The notes: a model not told the origin generated them from the sequence alone. A stretch of 64,000 nt of DNA from an uncultured Actinomycetota bacterium (GCA_963838825.1 CAWISQ010000003.1:114440-178439), one strand, 5' to 3'. Shown: positions 40,980 through 51,017, counted from the stretch's first letter. Translations and numbers: made by a program.

Positions 40980-42787
40980 TGGGCGAACCAGAGTCAGCCG
41001 GGTCCGTTCGGAACAATTCTTTTGCTTCTCTCCGAGGCTGGCAGCAGGCTGCTTACGCAGAGTATTTTCGCGTGGCACGTCGTGACTTTCTGCTGGTAGC
41101 GACGCCTGGTGCCGGCAAGACGACGTACGCGCTTACGGTCGCGGCGGAGCTGTTGGCGCGGCGCGAGATCGCCAGCATCACGATCGTGACGCCGACCGAG
41201 CACCTCAAGTACCAGTGGGCGGCCGCCGCGCTCCGGATGGGGATCGCGATCGACCCGTCCTACCGGAACGCCCAGGGCAAGGCGGGGGCCGACTTCCAGG
41301 GCGTCGCGGTCACCTACGCGCAGGTCGCGGCCCATCCGGCGCTGCACCGGGCGCGCACCGAGAGCCGCCGCACGCTGGTCATCTTCGACGAGGTCCACCA
41401 CGCGGGCGACGCGCTGTCATGGGGCGAGGCGGTGCGGGAGGCGTTCGAGCCCGCCCGGCGGCGGCTGGCGCTGACCGGGACGCCGTTCAGGTCGGACGCG
41501 AACCCGATCCCGTTCGTCACCTACGTCCCCGAGGCGGACGGGTCGAAGCGGTCCGCCTCCGACTTCGTCTACGGGTACGGGCCCGCGCTGGCGGACGGGG
41601 TGGTGCGGCCGGTGATCTTCCTCGCCTACTCGGGCGAGATGCACTGGCGGACCCGGGCAGGCGACGAGATCACCGCGACCCTCGGCACGCCGATGACCAA
41701 GGACCAGATCGCGCAGGCGTGGCGGACCGCGCTCGACCCCTCGGGCGAGTGGATCACCCGGGTGCTGGAGGCCGCCGACAAGCGGCTGACCGAGGTCAGG
41801 CGGGCGATGCCGGACGCCGGCGGCCTGGTGATCGCGGGCGACCACGAGACCGCGCGGGCGTACGCGGGCCTGCTGCGGCGGATCAGCGGCGAGCGCCCGG
41901 TCGTGGTGCTGTCCGACGACCCGACCGCGTCCAAGAAGATCTCCGGGTTCGGCGCCTCCACCGCCCGCTGGATGGTCGCGGTGCGGATGGTGTCGGAGGG
42001 CGTGGACGTGCCCCGGCTGGCCGTCGGCGTGTACGCGACGTCGGTGTCCACCGCGCTGTTCTTCGCCCAGGCGGTCGGCCGGTTCGTCCGGGTCAGGCAG
42101 CGCGGGGAGACCGCGTCGGTGTTCGTGCCCTCGGTGCCGGTGCTGCTCGGGTTCGCGGCCGAGCTCGAGGCCGAGCGCGACCACGTGGTCCGCGCGCTCG
42201 ACCGGGACCCGGAGGCGGAGCTCGAGGACGCCCAGCGGGAGCGGAAGACGCCGGACGACTTCGAGCTCATGGGCCGGTCGTTCGAGGCGCTGACGGCGTC
42301 CGCCACCTTTGACCGGGTGCTGTTCGACGGCGGCGAGTTCGGCACCGCGACCGAGGCCGGATCCCCCGAGGAGGAGGACTACCTCGGGCTGCCCGGCCTG
42401 CTCGACCCGGACCAGGTGACGGTGCTGCTCCGCAGGCGGCAGTCGGCGCAGCTGGCGGCGCGCTCGTCGGCCCCGGGCGGCGCGTCGACGGGCGGCCCGT
42501 CGGCCGGCGGCGCGGAGGCGGGGCTGTTCGCCGGGCCGGCCCCGACTGCGGCCGACGCCCCCCAGGCGACGGCGACGGCGACCGTCAGCCGGGCTCAGCT
42601 GACGGTGCTCCGCAAGGAGCTCAACGGCCTGGTCGGCGCGTGGAGCCACCGGACCGGCCAGCCGCACGGCGTCATCCACAACGAGCTCCGTCAGGCCTGC
42701 GGCGGCCCGGCGCTCCCGCAGGCGTCGGCCGAGCAGATCAAGGCCCGCATCGACAAGATCCGCCAGTGGGCGCTGTCCCGCCGTTAA
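40979..42787 (+). CDS. Superfamily II DEAD/DEAH-box helicase (Rv2917-like)
   Basis: LRGWQ, ATPGAGKT, DEVHH, LTGTPFRSD, MVSEGVDVP, QAVGRFVR. Confidence 0.9.
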   Translation: MGEPESAGSVRNNSFASLRGWQQAAYAEYFRVARRDFLLVATPGAGKTTYALTVAAELLARREIASITIVTPTEHLKYQWAAAALRMGIAIDPSYRNAQGKAGADFQGVAVTYAQVAAHPALHRARTESRRTLVIFDEVHHAGDALSWGEAVREAFEPARRRLALTGTPFRSDANPIPFVTYVPEADGSKRSASDFVYGYGPALADGVVRPVIFLAYSGEMHWRTRAGDEITATLGTPMTKDQIAQAWRTALDPSGEWITRVLEAADKRLTEVRRAMPDAGGLVIAGDHETARAYAGLLRRISGERPVVVLSDDPTASKKISGFGASTARWMVAVRMVSEGVDVPRLAVGVYATSVSTALFFAQAVGRFVRVRQRGETASVFVPSVPVLLGFAAELEAERDHVVRALDRDPEAELEDAQRERKTPDDFELMGRSFEALTASATFDRVLFDGGEFGTATEAGSPEEEDYLGLPGLLDPDQVTVLLRRRQSAQLAARSSAPGGASTGGPSAGGAEAGLFAGPAPTAADAPQATATATVSRAQLTVLRKELNGLVGAWSHRTGQPHGVIHNELRQACGGPALPQASAEQIKARIDKIRQWALSRR

Positions 42788-42883
42788 GTCGCCGGCCGGA
42801 CGCTCGTTGAACGCGCTCGCGGTGCACTGATACGGCCGGCCCCGCACGACTTGGCGCGCTCGGACGGATTTCGCTACCCCGGG

Positions 42884-43444
42884 TCAGGCCGGGGTGACGT
42901 CGATCCCGGTGCCGCGCAGCGACTCGATCGCCTCCGACGTGGACCCGGGCGCCACCCCGGCCGTCAGGCCGAGCAGGACCCGGGTCGCGAAGCCGTTCGC
43001 GACCGCGTCGGCGGCGGTCGAGCGGACGCAGTAGTCGGTCGCGATGCCGACCACGTCGACCTGGTCCACGTCGCGGGCCCGCAGCCAGGCCGCGAGCGGC
43101 GTCCCGTCGTCCGCCGCGCCCTCGAAACCGCTGTAGGCGGCGGCGTGCGCGCCCTTGCGGAAGGTCTCCTCGATCGGGGCGGTGTCCAGCTCGGGATGGA
43201 ATTGCGAGCCGGCCGACCCGGCCACGCAGTGCACCGGCCAGGATTTCGCATAGTCTGGCTCGTCGGCGAAGTGACTGCCGGGGTCGATGTGGAAGTCCTT
43301 GGTCGCGACCACGTGGTCGTAGCCATGATCGGGCTTAGCTAGCAATGACGTGATCCCGCGGGCCACCGCAGCTCCGCCTGCAACCGCAAGCGAGCCGCCT
43401 TCGCAGAAGTCGTTCTGCACGTCAACGATGATGAGCGCGCGCAT
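42884..43444 (-). CDS. pncA: Nicotinamidase/pyrazinamidase
   Basis: VDVQNDFCEGGSL, DFH, WPVHC, KG..AYSGF, GIATDYCV. Confidence 0.93.
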   Translation of the reverse strand: MRALIIVDVQNDFCEGGSLAVAGGAAVARGITSLLAKPDHGYDHVVATKDFHIDPGSHFADEPDYAKSWPVHCVAGSAGSQFHPELDTAPIEETFRKGAHAAAYSGFEGAADDGTPLAAWLRARDVDQVDVVGIATDYCVRSTAADAVANGFATRVLLGLTAGVAPGSTSEAIESLRGTGIDVTPA

Positions 43445-43511
43445 GTGACCAACCGTATCGGCATCTAGAGCTTCGGGCGGCCCGGTGTTGATGCCCAATC
43501 GGAAGCTATTA

Positions 43512-43536
43512 CAACCAACCGGGCAGCTGGAGCGTC
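43512..43536 (+). promoter_or_regulatory. ECF (SigE-type) promoter upstream of the ECF sigma gene
   Basis: CAAC-N17-CGTC (equivalent to AAC-N19-TC), followed by hairpin GTAGCGG...CCGCTAC. Confidence 0.6.
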
Positions 43537-43630
43537 TGTAGCGGAGACCGGGGAAACGGCCCTGCCGCTACGGTGCGAAGGTGTGGTAACCAGAGTGGTA
43601 AGCAGTTGCGTACTCCAGCAAGGAGGCTTG

Positions 43631-44227
43631 GTGGGCTCGGACGCGGGGGCAGAGACGGGCCCTTACGCCGTTGTCACCGCGAACACGGGATCGCGCGCTG
43701 CCCTCGCGGAGCAGTTGTTCATCGCCAACTACCCGAAGCTGGCGGGCTGGGTCCGGCGGCTGGTCGACGACGACGAGACCGCGCACGAGATCGCGTCGGA
43801 GGCGTTCGTCCGGCTGCTTTCCAAGTGGACCAGCCCCGACAAGCTCGACAACCCGCAGAGTTACCTCTTCATGATCGCCACCAACCTGGTCAGGGACCAC
43901 TGGCGCAAGACCGAGCGGGAGCGCCGGGCGATGCGCAACGTCACCGCGGGCAGCGACCCGGAGCCGTCGGTCAACCCGGCCCAGGACGTGGACGTGCGCG
44001 AGCTCATCGAGCGGCTGCCCGCCAAGCTGCGCGACCCGTTCCTGCTGCACTATTACGCCGGGTTCGGCATCAAGGAGATAGCGGCGCTGGTGAAACGGCC
44101 AGAGGGAACGGTCAAGGCCGACCTGTACCATGCTCGGACGCGGCTGAAGGAGGCTCTCGCCGAACGCGAGGGCAACGGTGAACCGGGCGACGGACGACGG
44201 AAGGGCGGGAGAGAAGATGCACGCTGA
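43631..44227 (+). CDS. ECF RNA polymerase sigma factor
   Basis: Region 2 (AHEIASEAFVRL, YLFMIATNLVRDHWRK) and region 4 (EIAALVKRPEGTVKADLYHAR); SD AGGAGG. Confidence 0.9.
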   Translation: MGSDAGAETGPYAVVTANTGSRAALAEQLFIANYPKLAGWVRRLVDDDETAHEIASEAFVRLLSKWTSPDKLDNPQSYLFMIATNLVRDHWRKTERERRAMRNVTAGSDPEPSVNPAQDVDVRELIERLPAKLRDPFLLHYYAGFGIKEIAALVKRPEGTVKADLYHARTRLKEALAEREGNGEPGDGRRKGGREDAR

Positions 44228-45674
44228 AGACGAGCGCGATCCGCTCGACCGCTGGCTGAGCGAGCAGGCCAAGCCGCTGCCGCCGCCGCCGGGGACGTTC
44301 GAGCTCATCACCCGGCGGGCGCGCCGTCGCAAGCTGCGCAAGCTCGCGGTGACGATGGTGTCGGCCGCCGCCGTGGCCGCCGCGGTCGCCGTCGCCGTCC
44401 CGGTCGGGCTCAATCTGCACCTGTCCTCGCCCTCGGACAAGGGCTCGAGCGTGGCCGACGCCCCCAGCCCGACGCACCTGACCGAGTCACCCAACGGGAG
44501 CGCGAGCCCCGACCAGACGGCGAGCCCGTCTCCCTCGTCGACCCACTCGGCGATCGCCCCGGTCGGCCAGGCCCACCCGGTCCCGGCCAACTTCCAGCCC
44601 GCGTCGATCACGTTCGTGAGCTCCCAGAACGCCTGGGTGATGGGCCAGGCCGGCACCCCCGGGCAGTGCGCCAACAAGGACGCGTACATCTGCACGTCGA
44701 TCGCGCGGACCGACGACGGCGGTCAGACCTGGCAGGGCGGCCCGGCCCCGGACACCGGCGGCCCGAACGGGGGGACCGGGGTCAGCGGGATCAGGTTCCT
44801 CAACAACGCGTTCGGCTGGGCCTTCGGCCCCGAGCTGTGGGCGACCGATAACGGGGGCACGACCTGGTCCAAGGTCGGCACCTCGGGAGCGCGGGTCACC
44901 GACCTGGAGACGTCGGACGGCCGGGCGTACGCGCTGTGGGCCACCGGCTGCCCGACCGCGAGCGGCGGTTCCTCGTCCGGCTTCGCGGCCGGCTGCACCA
45001 GCTACACGCTGATGACGGCCACCGCCGGCAGCGGCGACTGGACGCAGGTCGGCCCGGCCACCACCGGGCTCGGCGACGGCGGGGCGGCCACGTCGGCCGC
45101 GCTCGCGCTCACCGGCACCAACGGCTACCTGCTGGCACCGGACGGGGCGCTCTACTCCGGCGCCATCGGCGGCGCGTGGACGCAGGCCGGCGCCTCGGCC
45201 TGCAAGCCCGGCCCGGCGCAGGCCGACGGGCAGCCCAGCGCCGCGCAGCTGGCGCTGGTCGACTCGAGCCAGCTCTGGATCGCCTGCAACGGGACGTCGA
45301 CCGGCTCGCCGCCCGCGCTGTACACGTCCGACAACGGCGGTTCGTCGTGGACCCAGCCACCCGCCGCCTCGTGGTCGGACGTCACCAACCTGAGCGACTT
45401 CGGCCTCACCACGTCGCTCGCGGCGGCCCCGAACGGCACCCTCACGCTGGCCGCCACCACCGGGATCTACTACCTGCCGTCCGGCGGCGAGCGCTGGCAG
45501 CCGAGCAGCGCCGCCGGCCGCGGCGCCCCGAAGGGCGGGTTCAGCTACGTCGGCATGACCACCGATGAGCAGGGTGTCGCCGTGCCCGCCGACACGTCGC
45601 TGCACGAGATCTGGATGACCTCCGACGGCGGCGCCAGCTGGGCGCCGGCCACGTCGATCACGCCCGGCCGCTAG
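44217..45674 (+). CDS. Putative anti-sigma: short cytoplasmic N-terminus, one TM, Ser/Pro linker, extracellular Asp-box (BNR) beta-propeller
   Basis: RRARRRK then TM; Asp-boxes TDDGGQTW, TDNGGTTW, SDNGGSSW, SDGGASW; overlaps the sigma stop; the anti-sigma role is inference. Confidence 0.7.
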   Translation: MHAEDERDPLDRWLSEQAKPLPPPPGTFELITRRARRRKLRKLAVTMVSAAAVAAAVAVAVPVGLNLHLSSPSDKGSSVADAPSPTHLTESPNGSASPDQTASPSPSSTHSAIAPVGQAHPVPANFQPASITFVSSQNAWVMGQAGTPGQCANKDAYICTSIARTDDGGQTWQGGPAPDTGGPNGGTGVSGIRFLNNAFGWAFGPELWATDNGGTTWSKVGTSGARVTDLETSDGRAYALWATGCPTASGGSSSGFAAGCTSYTLMTATAGSGDWTQVGPATTGLGDGGAATSAALALTGTNGYLLAPDGALYSGAIGGAWTQAGASACKPGPAQADGQPSAAQLALVDSSQLWIACNGTSTGSPPALYTSDNGGSSWTQPPAASWSDVTNLSDFGLTTSLAAAPNGTLTLAATTGIYYLPSGGERWQPSSAAGRGAPKGGFSYVGMTTDEQGVAVPADTSLHEIWMTSDGGASWAPATSITPGR

Positions 45675-45840
45675 GGGCGGAGCCGATCGCGCGGGCCGGG
45701 GTCGCCGACGGCTTCAAATCCTTTTTATCGAACGGACCGTGCGTCCCCGTGTTCCAGCCAGCGGATCGCCCGGGCCGAGGGAACGCTTGTCCCCGCCCGG
45801 ATTGCCCCCGCTACCGTTTCCTGGCTTTGGCCAGCGGCCG

Positions 45841-47038
45841 TTAAGGGACGCGCAGCAGCAGGGCCGAGCCCTGGCCGCCGCCGCCGCAGAGCGCCGCCGC
45901 GCCGAGGCCGCCGCCCCGGCGGCGCAGCTCGCAGGCGAGGGTGAGCGCGATCCGGGTGCCGGACGCGCCGAGCGGGTGCCCGACCGCGATCGCCCCGCCG
46001 TTGACGTTGACGATGTCGGGCGAGACGCCGAGCGCGTCCATCGACGCGACGCCGACGGCGGCGAACGCCTCGTTGATCTCGATCAGGTCCAGGTCCCTGA
46101 CCCCGAGGCCGGCCTTGCCCAGCGCCTTGCTGATCGCGTTGGACGGCTGGTGGTGCAGGCCGCTGTCGGGGCCCGCGACGGTGCCGAACACGCCGACCTC
46201 GGCCAGGATCGACGCGCCCAGCGCGCTCGGCCGCCGCCCGGCTGGTCACCACGACGGCGGCGGCGCCGTCGGAAATCTGCGAGGACGTGCCCGCGGTGAT
46301 CGTGCCGTCGGGGCCGAAGGCGGGCCGGAGCCGGGCGAGCGACTCGGTCGTCGTGTCGCCGCGGACGCCCTCGTCGGCGGTGAAGGTGATCGATTCCCGC
46401 TTGGACGTGACCTCGACCGGCACGATCTCATCGGCCATGCGGCCGTCCTTGGCGGCGCGGGCGGCGCGCTGCTGCGAGCGGGCGGCGAACTCGTCCTGCC
46501 GCTCGCGGGAGATGCCGAGCCTGGCGTTGTCCAGATCGGTCGACTCGCCCATCGAGAGCCCGTTGAACACGTCGGTCAGGCCGTCGTAGGCCATCGAGTC
46601 GAGCAGCTCGACCGGGCCGTACTTGTAGCCCTGCCTGGAGCCCTTGAGCACGTGCGGGGCGTTGGACATCGACTCCATGCCGCCCGCCACGATCACGTCG
46701 AACTCGCCCAGCCGGATCAGGTCGGCCGCCTGGGCGATCGCGTCGAGCCCGGACAGGCAGACCTTGTTGACCGTGGTCGCGGGCGTCGTCATCGGGATGC
46801 CCGCCTTGACCGCCGCCTGCCTGGCGGTGATCTGGCCGGTCCCGGCCTGCAGCACGTGACCCATGATCACGTACTCGACGCCGTCCGGCGCCACCCCGGC
46901 GCGGTCAAGCGCCCCCTTGATGGCGAAGCCGCCGAGCTCGGCCGCGCTGAACCCGGACAGGGATCCGAGCAGCCGCCCGATACCGGTCCGCGCTCCGCCT
47001 ATGATCACTGGGTCACGGTCGCGTGCAGCCTCGCGCAC
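45841..47038 (-). CDS. Acetyl-CoA C-acetyltransferase (thiolase); one extra base near 46222
   Basis: [22 protein letters not shown]; then in another frame [30 protein letters not shown]. Confidence 0.92.
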
Positions 47039-47088
47039 CAGGGCCTCCTCAATTCCGCCTATCCCGCCTATATGTCACGATACCCACC

Positions 47089-47511
47089 ATGTTGCTAAGA
47101 ATCGATCATGTCGGGATCGCCTGCCGCTCGCTCGAGGCCGCGATTGACCGGTACGTTAGCGTCTTCGGATTCACGGTGGCGAGCGAAGAGACCAACGCCG
47201 AGCAGGGAGTCCGCGAGGCCATGCTGGTCACCGACTCGGGCGACTCGTACGTGCAGCTACTCGAGCCGCTCGGGGACGAGACCCCGGTCGGCCGGTTCCT
47301 GGCCCGGCGCGGCGAGGGGCTGCACCACGTCGGCTACGCGGTGACAGATGTCACAGCCGCCCTGGCCGAGGTCGGCGGGGCCGGCGTGCGGCTGATCGAC
47401 TCCCGGCCGCGGCACGGGTCGATGGGCGCCTCGATCGCGTTCCTCCATCCGGGTGATCTAGGCGGGGTGCTGACCGAGCTCGTGCAGCCCTCGAGAGTGC
47501 GCGAAACTTAA
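47089..47511 (+). CDS. mce: Methylmalonyl-CoA epimerase
   Basis: IDHVGIA, EQGVREAM, QLLEP, GEGLHHV, FLHP..GVLTELVQ; divergent from the thiolase. Confidence 0.92.
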   Translation: MLLRIDHVGIACRSLEAAIDRYVSVFGFTVASEETNAEQGVREAMLVTDSGDSYVQLLEPLGDETPVGRFLARRGEGLHHVGYAVTDVTAALAEVGGAGVRLIDSRPRHGSMGASIAFLHPGDLGGVLTELVQPSRVRET

Positions 47512-47725
47512 CTTTCGGATGGGGCCAAGGGGCATATGGGAAGCTTGTGACCTTTAGACTTCTCCCGGGGGACCAACGCGGGGCCAGCTCGGGATTCTGT
47601 CGGCACAGAACGCCGATCCACCCACAGACCCGGCGAAGGCGGAGTAAATTGCCTCTCATTGGCGAGAGCTCCGCCCGCAACCTGGCCCCCGCCTGCCGTC
47701 CCCGTCTAGCTTGGATTAGGCCCAC

Positions 47726-49057
47726 ATGCAATCGGACATTGACGCTCAGCTAACAAGCTTCTTCGAAGAGACTCCGCCGCGCGACTTCGCCAAGGTGATG
47801 CGTGGTTACGATCCGCACCAGGTCGACGAGCACATCCGGTCGCTCGCGGCCGAGGTCCGCCGGCACCAGGAAGACGCGGTCGGCGCGCGTCGCGACCTGC
47901 AGGATGCGCAGCGGCAGATCCAGGAGCAGGAGCGACCCACCTACTCCGGCCTTGGCGCCCGCATCGAGCAGCTGCTGCGGCTAGCCGAGGAGCAGGCCAC
48001 CGAGCTCGTGCAGGCCGCGCGGTCCGAGGCCAACGAGATCAAGGCGGCCGCGAAGGTTGACGGCGCCGAGCTGCGGGCGGCGGCCGAGAACGAGGCGGCC
48101 GAGCTGCGGGCGAACGCGAAGCGTGAGACCGACGACGTGCGCGGCGCGGCCGAGCGCGAGGCGGACTCCATCCGCACCACCGCCCGGCGCGAGGCCGACG
48201 AGCTGACCTCCACCACCGAGCGCGAGGTGGCCAAGCTCCGCGCCACCGCCGACCACGAGGTGGCGGAGAAGCGCGCCGCCACCGAGCGCGACATCGCCAA
48301 GCTGCGGACTACCACCGAGCGGGAGGTGGCTCAGCTCAAGGCGGCCGCCAAGCGCGAGCGGGACGAGATCCTCACCACCTCCAAGCGGCAGGCCGACGAG
48401 ATGCGGTCGCAGGCGCAGCGGATCCTCGAGGAGAGCGAGGCGCAGCGGGCGCAGGCCGAGGCGGAGTTCGAGATTCAGCTCGCCACCCGGCGGGAGGAGG
48501 CCGAGCGCCAGGAGGCGGAGCGCCTCGCGGCCGCCCAGGCGGCCACCCAGAAGCTGGTCTCCGAGGCCGAGCAGCGTGCGTCCACCGCCGAGCAGCGCGC
48601 CGCCAAGGCGTCCGCGCAGGCCGACCAGACCCGGCGCGACGCCGACCAGCACGCGCGTCAGCTGGTGTCGAACGCGAAGAAGAACGCGGACCAGATCGTC
48701 GCCCAGGCCAAGGCGCAGTCCGACCAGCTGCTGTCGGAGACGAAGGCCGAGGCCGAGCGGCGCCGCGTCGCCTCGCAGCGCGAGGTCGACGAGCTGACCC
48801 GCCAGAAGGACAACATCTCCACCCACCTCGCCCAGGTCCGCCAGCTTCTCGGCGGGCAGCTCGGCATCCAGATGCCGGCCATGGATCCGGCCGTGGCCGC
48901 CGCCCCGGTCCAGCCCGCCATCGCCGAGAGCGTCCCGGCCGCCGCGGCGCCCGCCGTGCGGCCGGCCGGGAACGGCGCCGCTCCGGCGCCCCGCCCGAAT
49001 GGCGCGGCCAACGGCGAGGGCAAGGGCCCGGACGCCGAGGACTGGTGGACCGAGTAA
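47726..49057 (+). CDS. DivIVA-motif coiled-coil protein (Scy/FilP-like polar scaffold)
   Basis: FAKVMRGYDPHQVD, YSGLGARIEQLLRLAEEQA, long Ala/Glu/Arg coiled coil with 11-aa period; sits at the locus where Streptomyces has scy/filP. Confidence 0.78.
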   Translation: MQSDIDAQLTSFFEETPPRDFAKVMRGYDPHQVDEHIRSLAAEVRRHQEDAVGARRDLQDAQRQIQEQERPTYSGLGARIEQLLRLAEEQATELVQAARSEANEIKAAAKVDGAELRAAAENEAAELRANAKRETDDVRGAAEREADSIRTTARREADELTSTTEREVAKLRATADHEVAEKRAATERDIAKLRTTTEREVAQLKAAAKRERDEILTTSKRQADEMRSQAQRILEESEAQRAQAEAEFEIQLATRREEAERQEAERLAAAQAATQKLVSEAEQRASTAEQRAAKASAQADQTRRDADQHARQLVSNAKKNADQIVAQAKAQSDQLLSETKAEAERRRVASQREVDELTRQKDNISTHLAQVRQLLGGQLGIQMPAMDPAVAAAPVQPAIAESVPAAAAPAVRPAGNGAAPAPRPNGAANGEGKGPDAEDWWTE

Positions 49058-49089
49058 CCGCCACTGGCGCCTGACGGGGCTCGTTGCGA

Positions 49090-49131
49090 AAACGCGTACG
49101 CCCGGCCTATCCAGGCCGGGCGTACGCGTTT
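49090..49131. terminator. Bidirectional intrinsic terminator
   Basis: Perfect 19-bp stem AAACGCGTACGCCCGGCCT / AGGCCGGGCGTACGCGTTT with a 4-nt loop, between convergent genes. Confidence 0.85.
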
Positions 49132-49173
49132 CTGCGTGCCTGCGTGACCGGGCGCGACTGGGTAACCGGCGGT

Positions 49174-49944
49174 TCAGGCGGTGGCGGTCTGGCCGCCGTC
49201 GATGACCAGCACCTGCCCGGTCATGAAGCTGGCGGCGTCGCTGGCCAGGAAGACGGCGGGGCCCGCCATCTCCTCCGCCCGGCCCCAGCGCCCCATCGGG
49301 ACGCTCGCGATCGTGGCCGCGCCGCCGTCCGGCGAGTCCCACATGACCCGGTTCAGGTCGGTCGCGGTCCAGCCCGGGCAGAGCGCGTTGATCCGCACGC
49401 CACTGCGTCCCCACTCGACCGCGAGGGTCTTGGTGAGCGCGACGACGGCGGCCTTGGCGGCGCCGTAGGGGGCCAGGAACGGCGCTCCGGCCAGTCCCGC
49501 GACCGAGGCGACGTTGATCACCGAGCCGGTCCCGCGGCCGGTCATGTGCGCCCCGGCCGCCTGGCAGATCCACATCGTGGTGTCCAGGTTGAGCCTGAGC
49601 ACCTTGTCCCAGCCGGACTGGCGCAGGTCGAGGAACGGGCTCACGAAGCTCGAGCCGCCGGCGTTGTTCACCACGATGTCGAGCTGGCCGAGCTCCTTGA
49701 CGGCAATGCGCACGGCGTCGTCGGCCGCCGCCCGGTCGGTCAGGTCGGCCGGGATCTCGACCGCCTGGCGGCCGAGGCCGCGGATCTCCCTGGCCGTCTG
49801 GGCCAGCCCGGCCTCGGTCCGGGCGGTGAGCGCGACGTCGGCCCCGGCCCGCGCGAACGCCACCGCGATGACCTTCCCGATGCCGCGCGACGCGCCGGTC
49901 ACCAGCGCCTTCTTGCCCGCCAGGCTGAACAGCGACTCGGTCAC
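49174..49944 (-). CDS. SDR family oxidoreductase
   Basis: TGASRGIG, VNNAG, YGAAK, INALCPG, MTGQVLVIDGG. Confidence 0.92.
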   Translation of the reverse strand: MTESLFSLAGKKALVTGASRGIGKVIAVAFARAGADVALTARTEAGLAQTAREIRGLGRQAVEIPADLTDRAAADDAVRIAVKELGQLDIVVNNAGGSSFVSPFLDLRQSGWDKVLRLNLDTTMWICQAAGAHMTGRGTGSVINVASVAGLAGAPFLAPYGAAKAAVVALTKTLAVEWGRSGVRINALCPGWTATDLNRVMWDSPDGGAATIASVPMGRWGRAEEMAGPAVFLASDAASFMTGQVLVIDGGQTATA

Positions 49945-50672
49945 AGTGCTCCCTCCCACTCGGTTGGCAGCGCCGAGCCGGTCAGCGCGGCCGGATTGAC
50001 CACCCGCACGATCTCATTCAGCACGATCCGGACGTACGTCTCCCCCACCCAGAGGTGCTTGGCGCCGTCCACGCCGATCACATCGGCCTTCGGCACCCGC
50101 GCGAAGCGCTGCCGCGCCTGGTCCGGCCGCAGGTAGTCGTCGAACTCGGGCACGAGCGCGGTCAGCGGCAGGCCGGACGCGGCCCACGCGTCCAGGTCGG
50201 CGTCGGTGGCCCGGTGCAGCGGCGGGGAGAGCAGGATCCCGCCGACCACGCCCGGCAGCAGCCCCCAGCGCAACGTCAGCTCGGTGCCGAACGACCAGCC
50301 GAGCAGCCAGATGTTCGGCAGCCCGGCGTCGGCCGCGTAGCGGACCGCCGCCGCGACGTCGTAGCGCTCGGTCTCACCGCCGCCGAACTCGCCCTCGCTG
50401 CGGCCCCGCTCGGACTCGGTGCCCCGCGTATTGAAGCGCAGCACGGCCACGTCGGCCAGCGCGGGCAGCCGGTAGGAGGCCTTGCGCATCACGTGGCTGT
50501 CCATCATGCCGCCCTGCGTCGGCAGCGGATGCAGGCAGACGAGGGTGGCGGCCGGGTCCCGGTCCTGGGGCAGCGCCAGCTCGCCGACCAGGTTCAGCCC
50601 GTCGCCGGTGGTGAAGTTGATCGGCGTCCGCCTGGCGGGGAGAACCGTCGCCGCCCTGATCAGTTGTGCCAT
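49941..50672 (-). CDS. Alpha/beta hydrolase
   Basis: HPLPTQGGMMDS, LRFNTRG, GWSFG, DDYL, AKHLW. Confidence 0.88.
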   Translation of the reverse strand: MAQLIRAATVLPARRTPINFTTGDGLNLVGELALPQDRDPAATLVCLHPLPTQGGMMDSHVMRKASYRLPALADVAVLRFNTRGTESERGRSEGEFGGGETERYDVAAAVRYAADAGLPNIWLLGWSFGTELTLRWGLLPGVVGGILLSPPLHRATDADLDAWAASGLPLTALVPEFDDYLRPDQARQRFARVPKADVIGVDGAKHLWVGETYVRIVLNEIVRVVNPAALTGSALPTEWEGAL

Positions 50673-50689
50673 CAATCCTCTTGGGGTAT

Positions 50690-50968
50690 TCAGCCGGGGC
50701 GGCGCTGCATGCGCCGCTGCCAGCACACGGTATGCCAGTGCCGCCGGTCGGTGACGCCCGCGTGCGTCGGCCAGACCACGACGTGCGCGATGCCGGGGTA
50801 GAGCTCCTGATCGCAGCCGGGGCAGCGGTACGCCTTGCCCGCCGCCGCGCCTGGCACCGGGCGCACCACCCAGTCGCCGTCCGGCCACTCCTCGACCCGC
50901 TCGGGCCCGAGCGGCGCTGCTGGGGTGCCGGACTTGGGCCGCCGGCTCTTACGCGCGGTCACAGGCAT
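50690..50968 (-). CDS. Small conserved actinobacterial protein with CxxC...HxxC putative Zn site
   Basis: [26 protein letters not shown]; usual neighbour of nucS. Confidence 0.8.
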   Translation of the reverse strand: MPVTARKSRRPKSGTPAAPLGPERVEEWPDGDWVVRPVPGAAAGKAYRCPGCDQELYPGIAHVVVWPTHAGVTDRRHWHTVCWQRRMQRRPG

Positions 50969-51017
50969 CAAGGGTATCCGCGCCCCGCACCCGCCAAATC
51001 GCACTACAGTGCGTTCC

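Noticed and set aside
50690-50968. ATP/GTP-binding function often attached to this small protein family
   Set aside because: No Walker A motif in the sequence; only a Cys/His putative metal site is visible.
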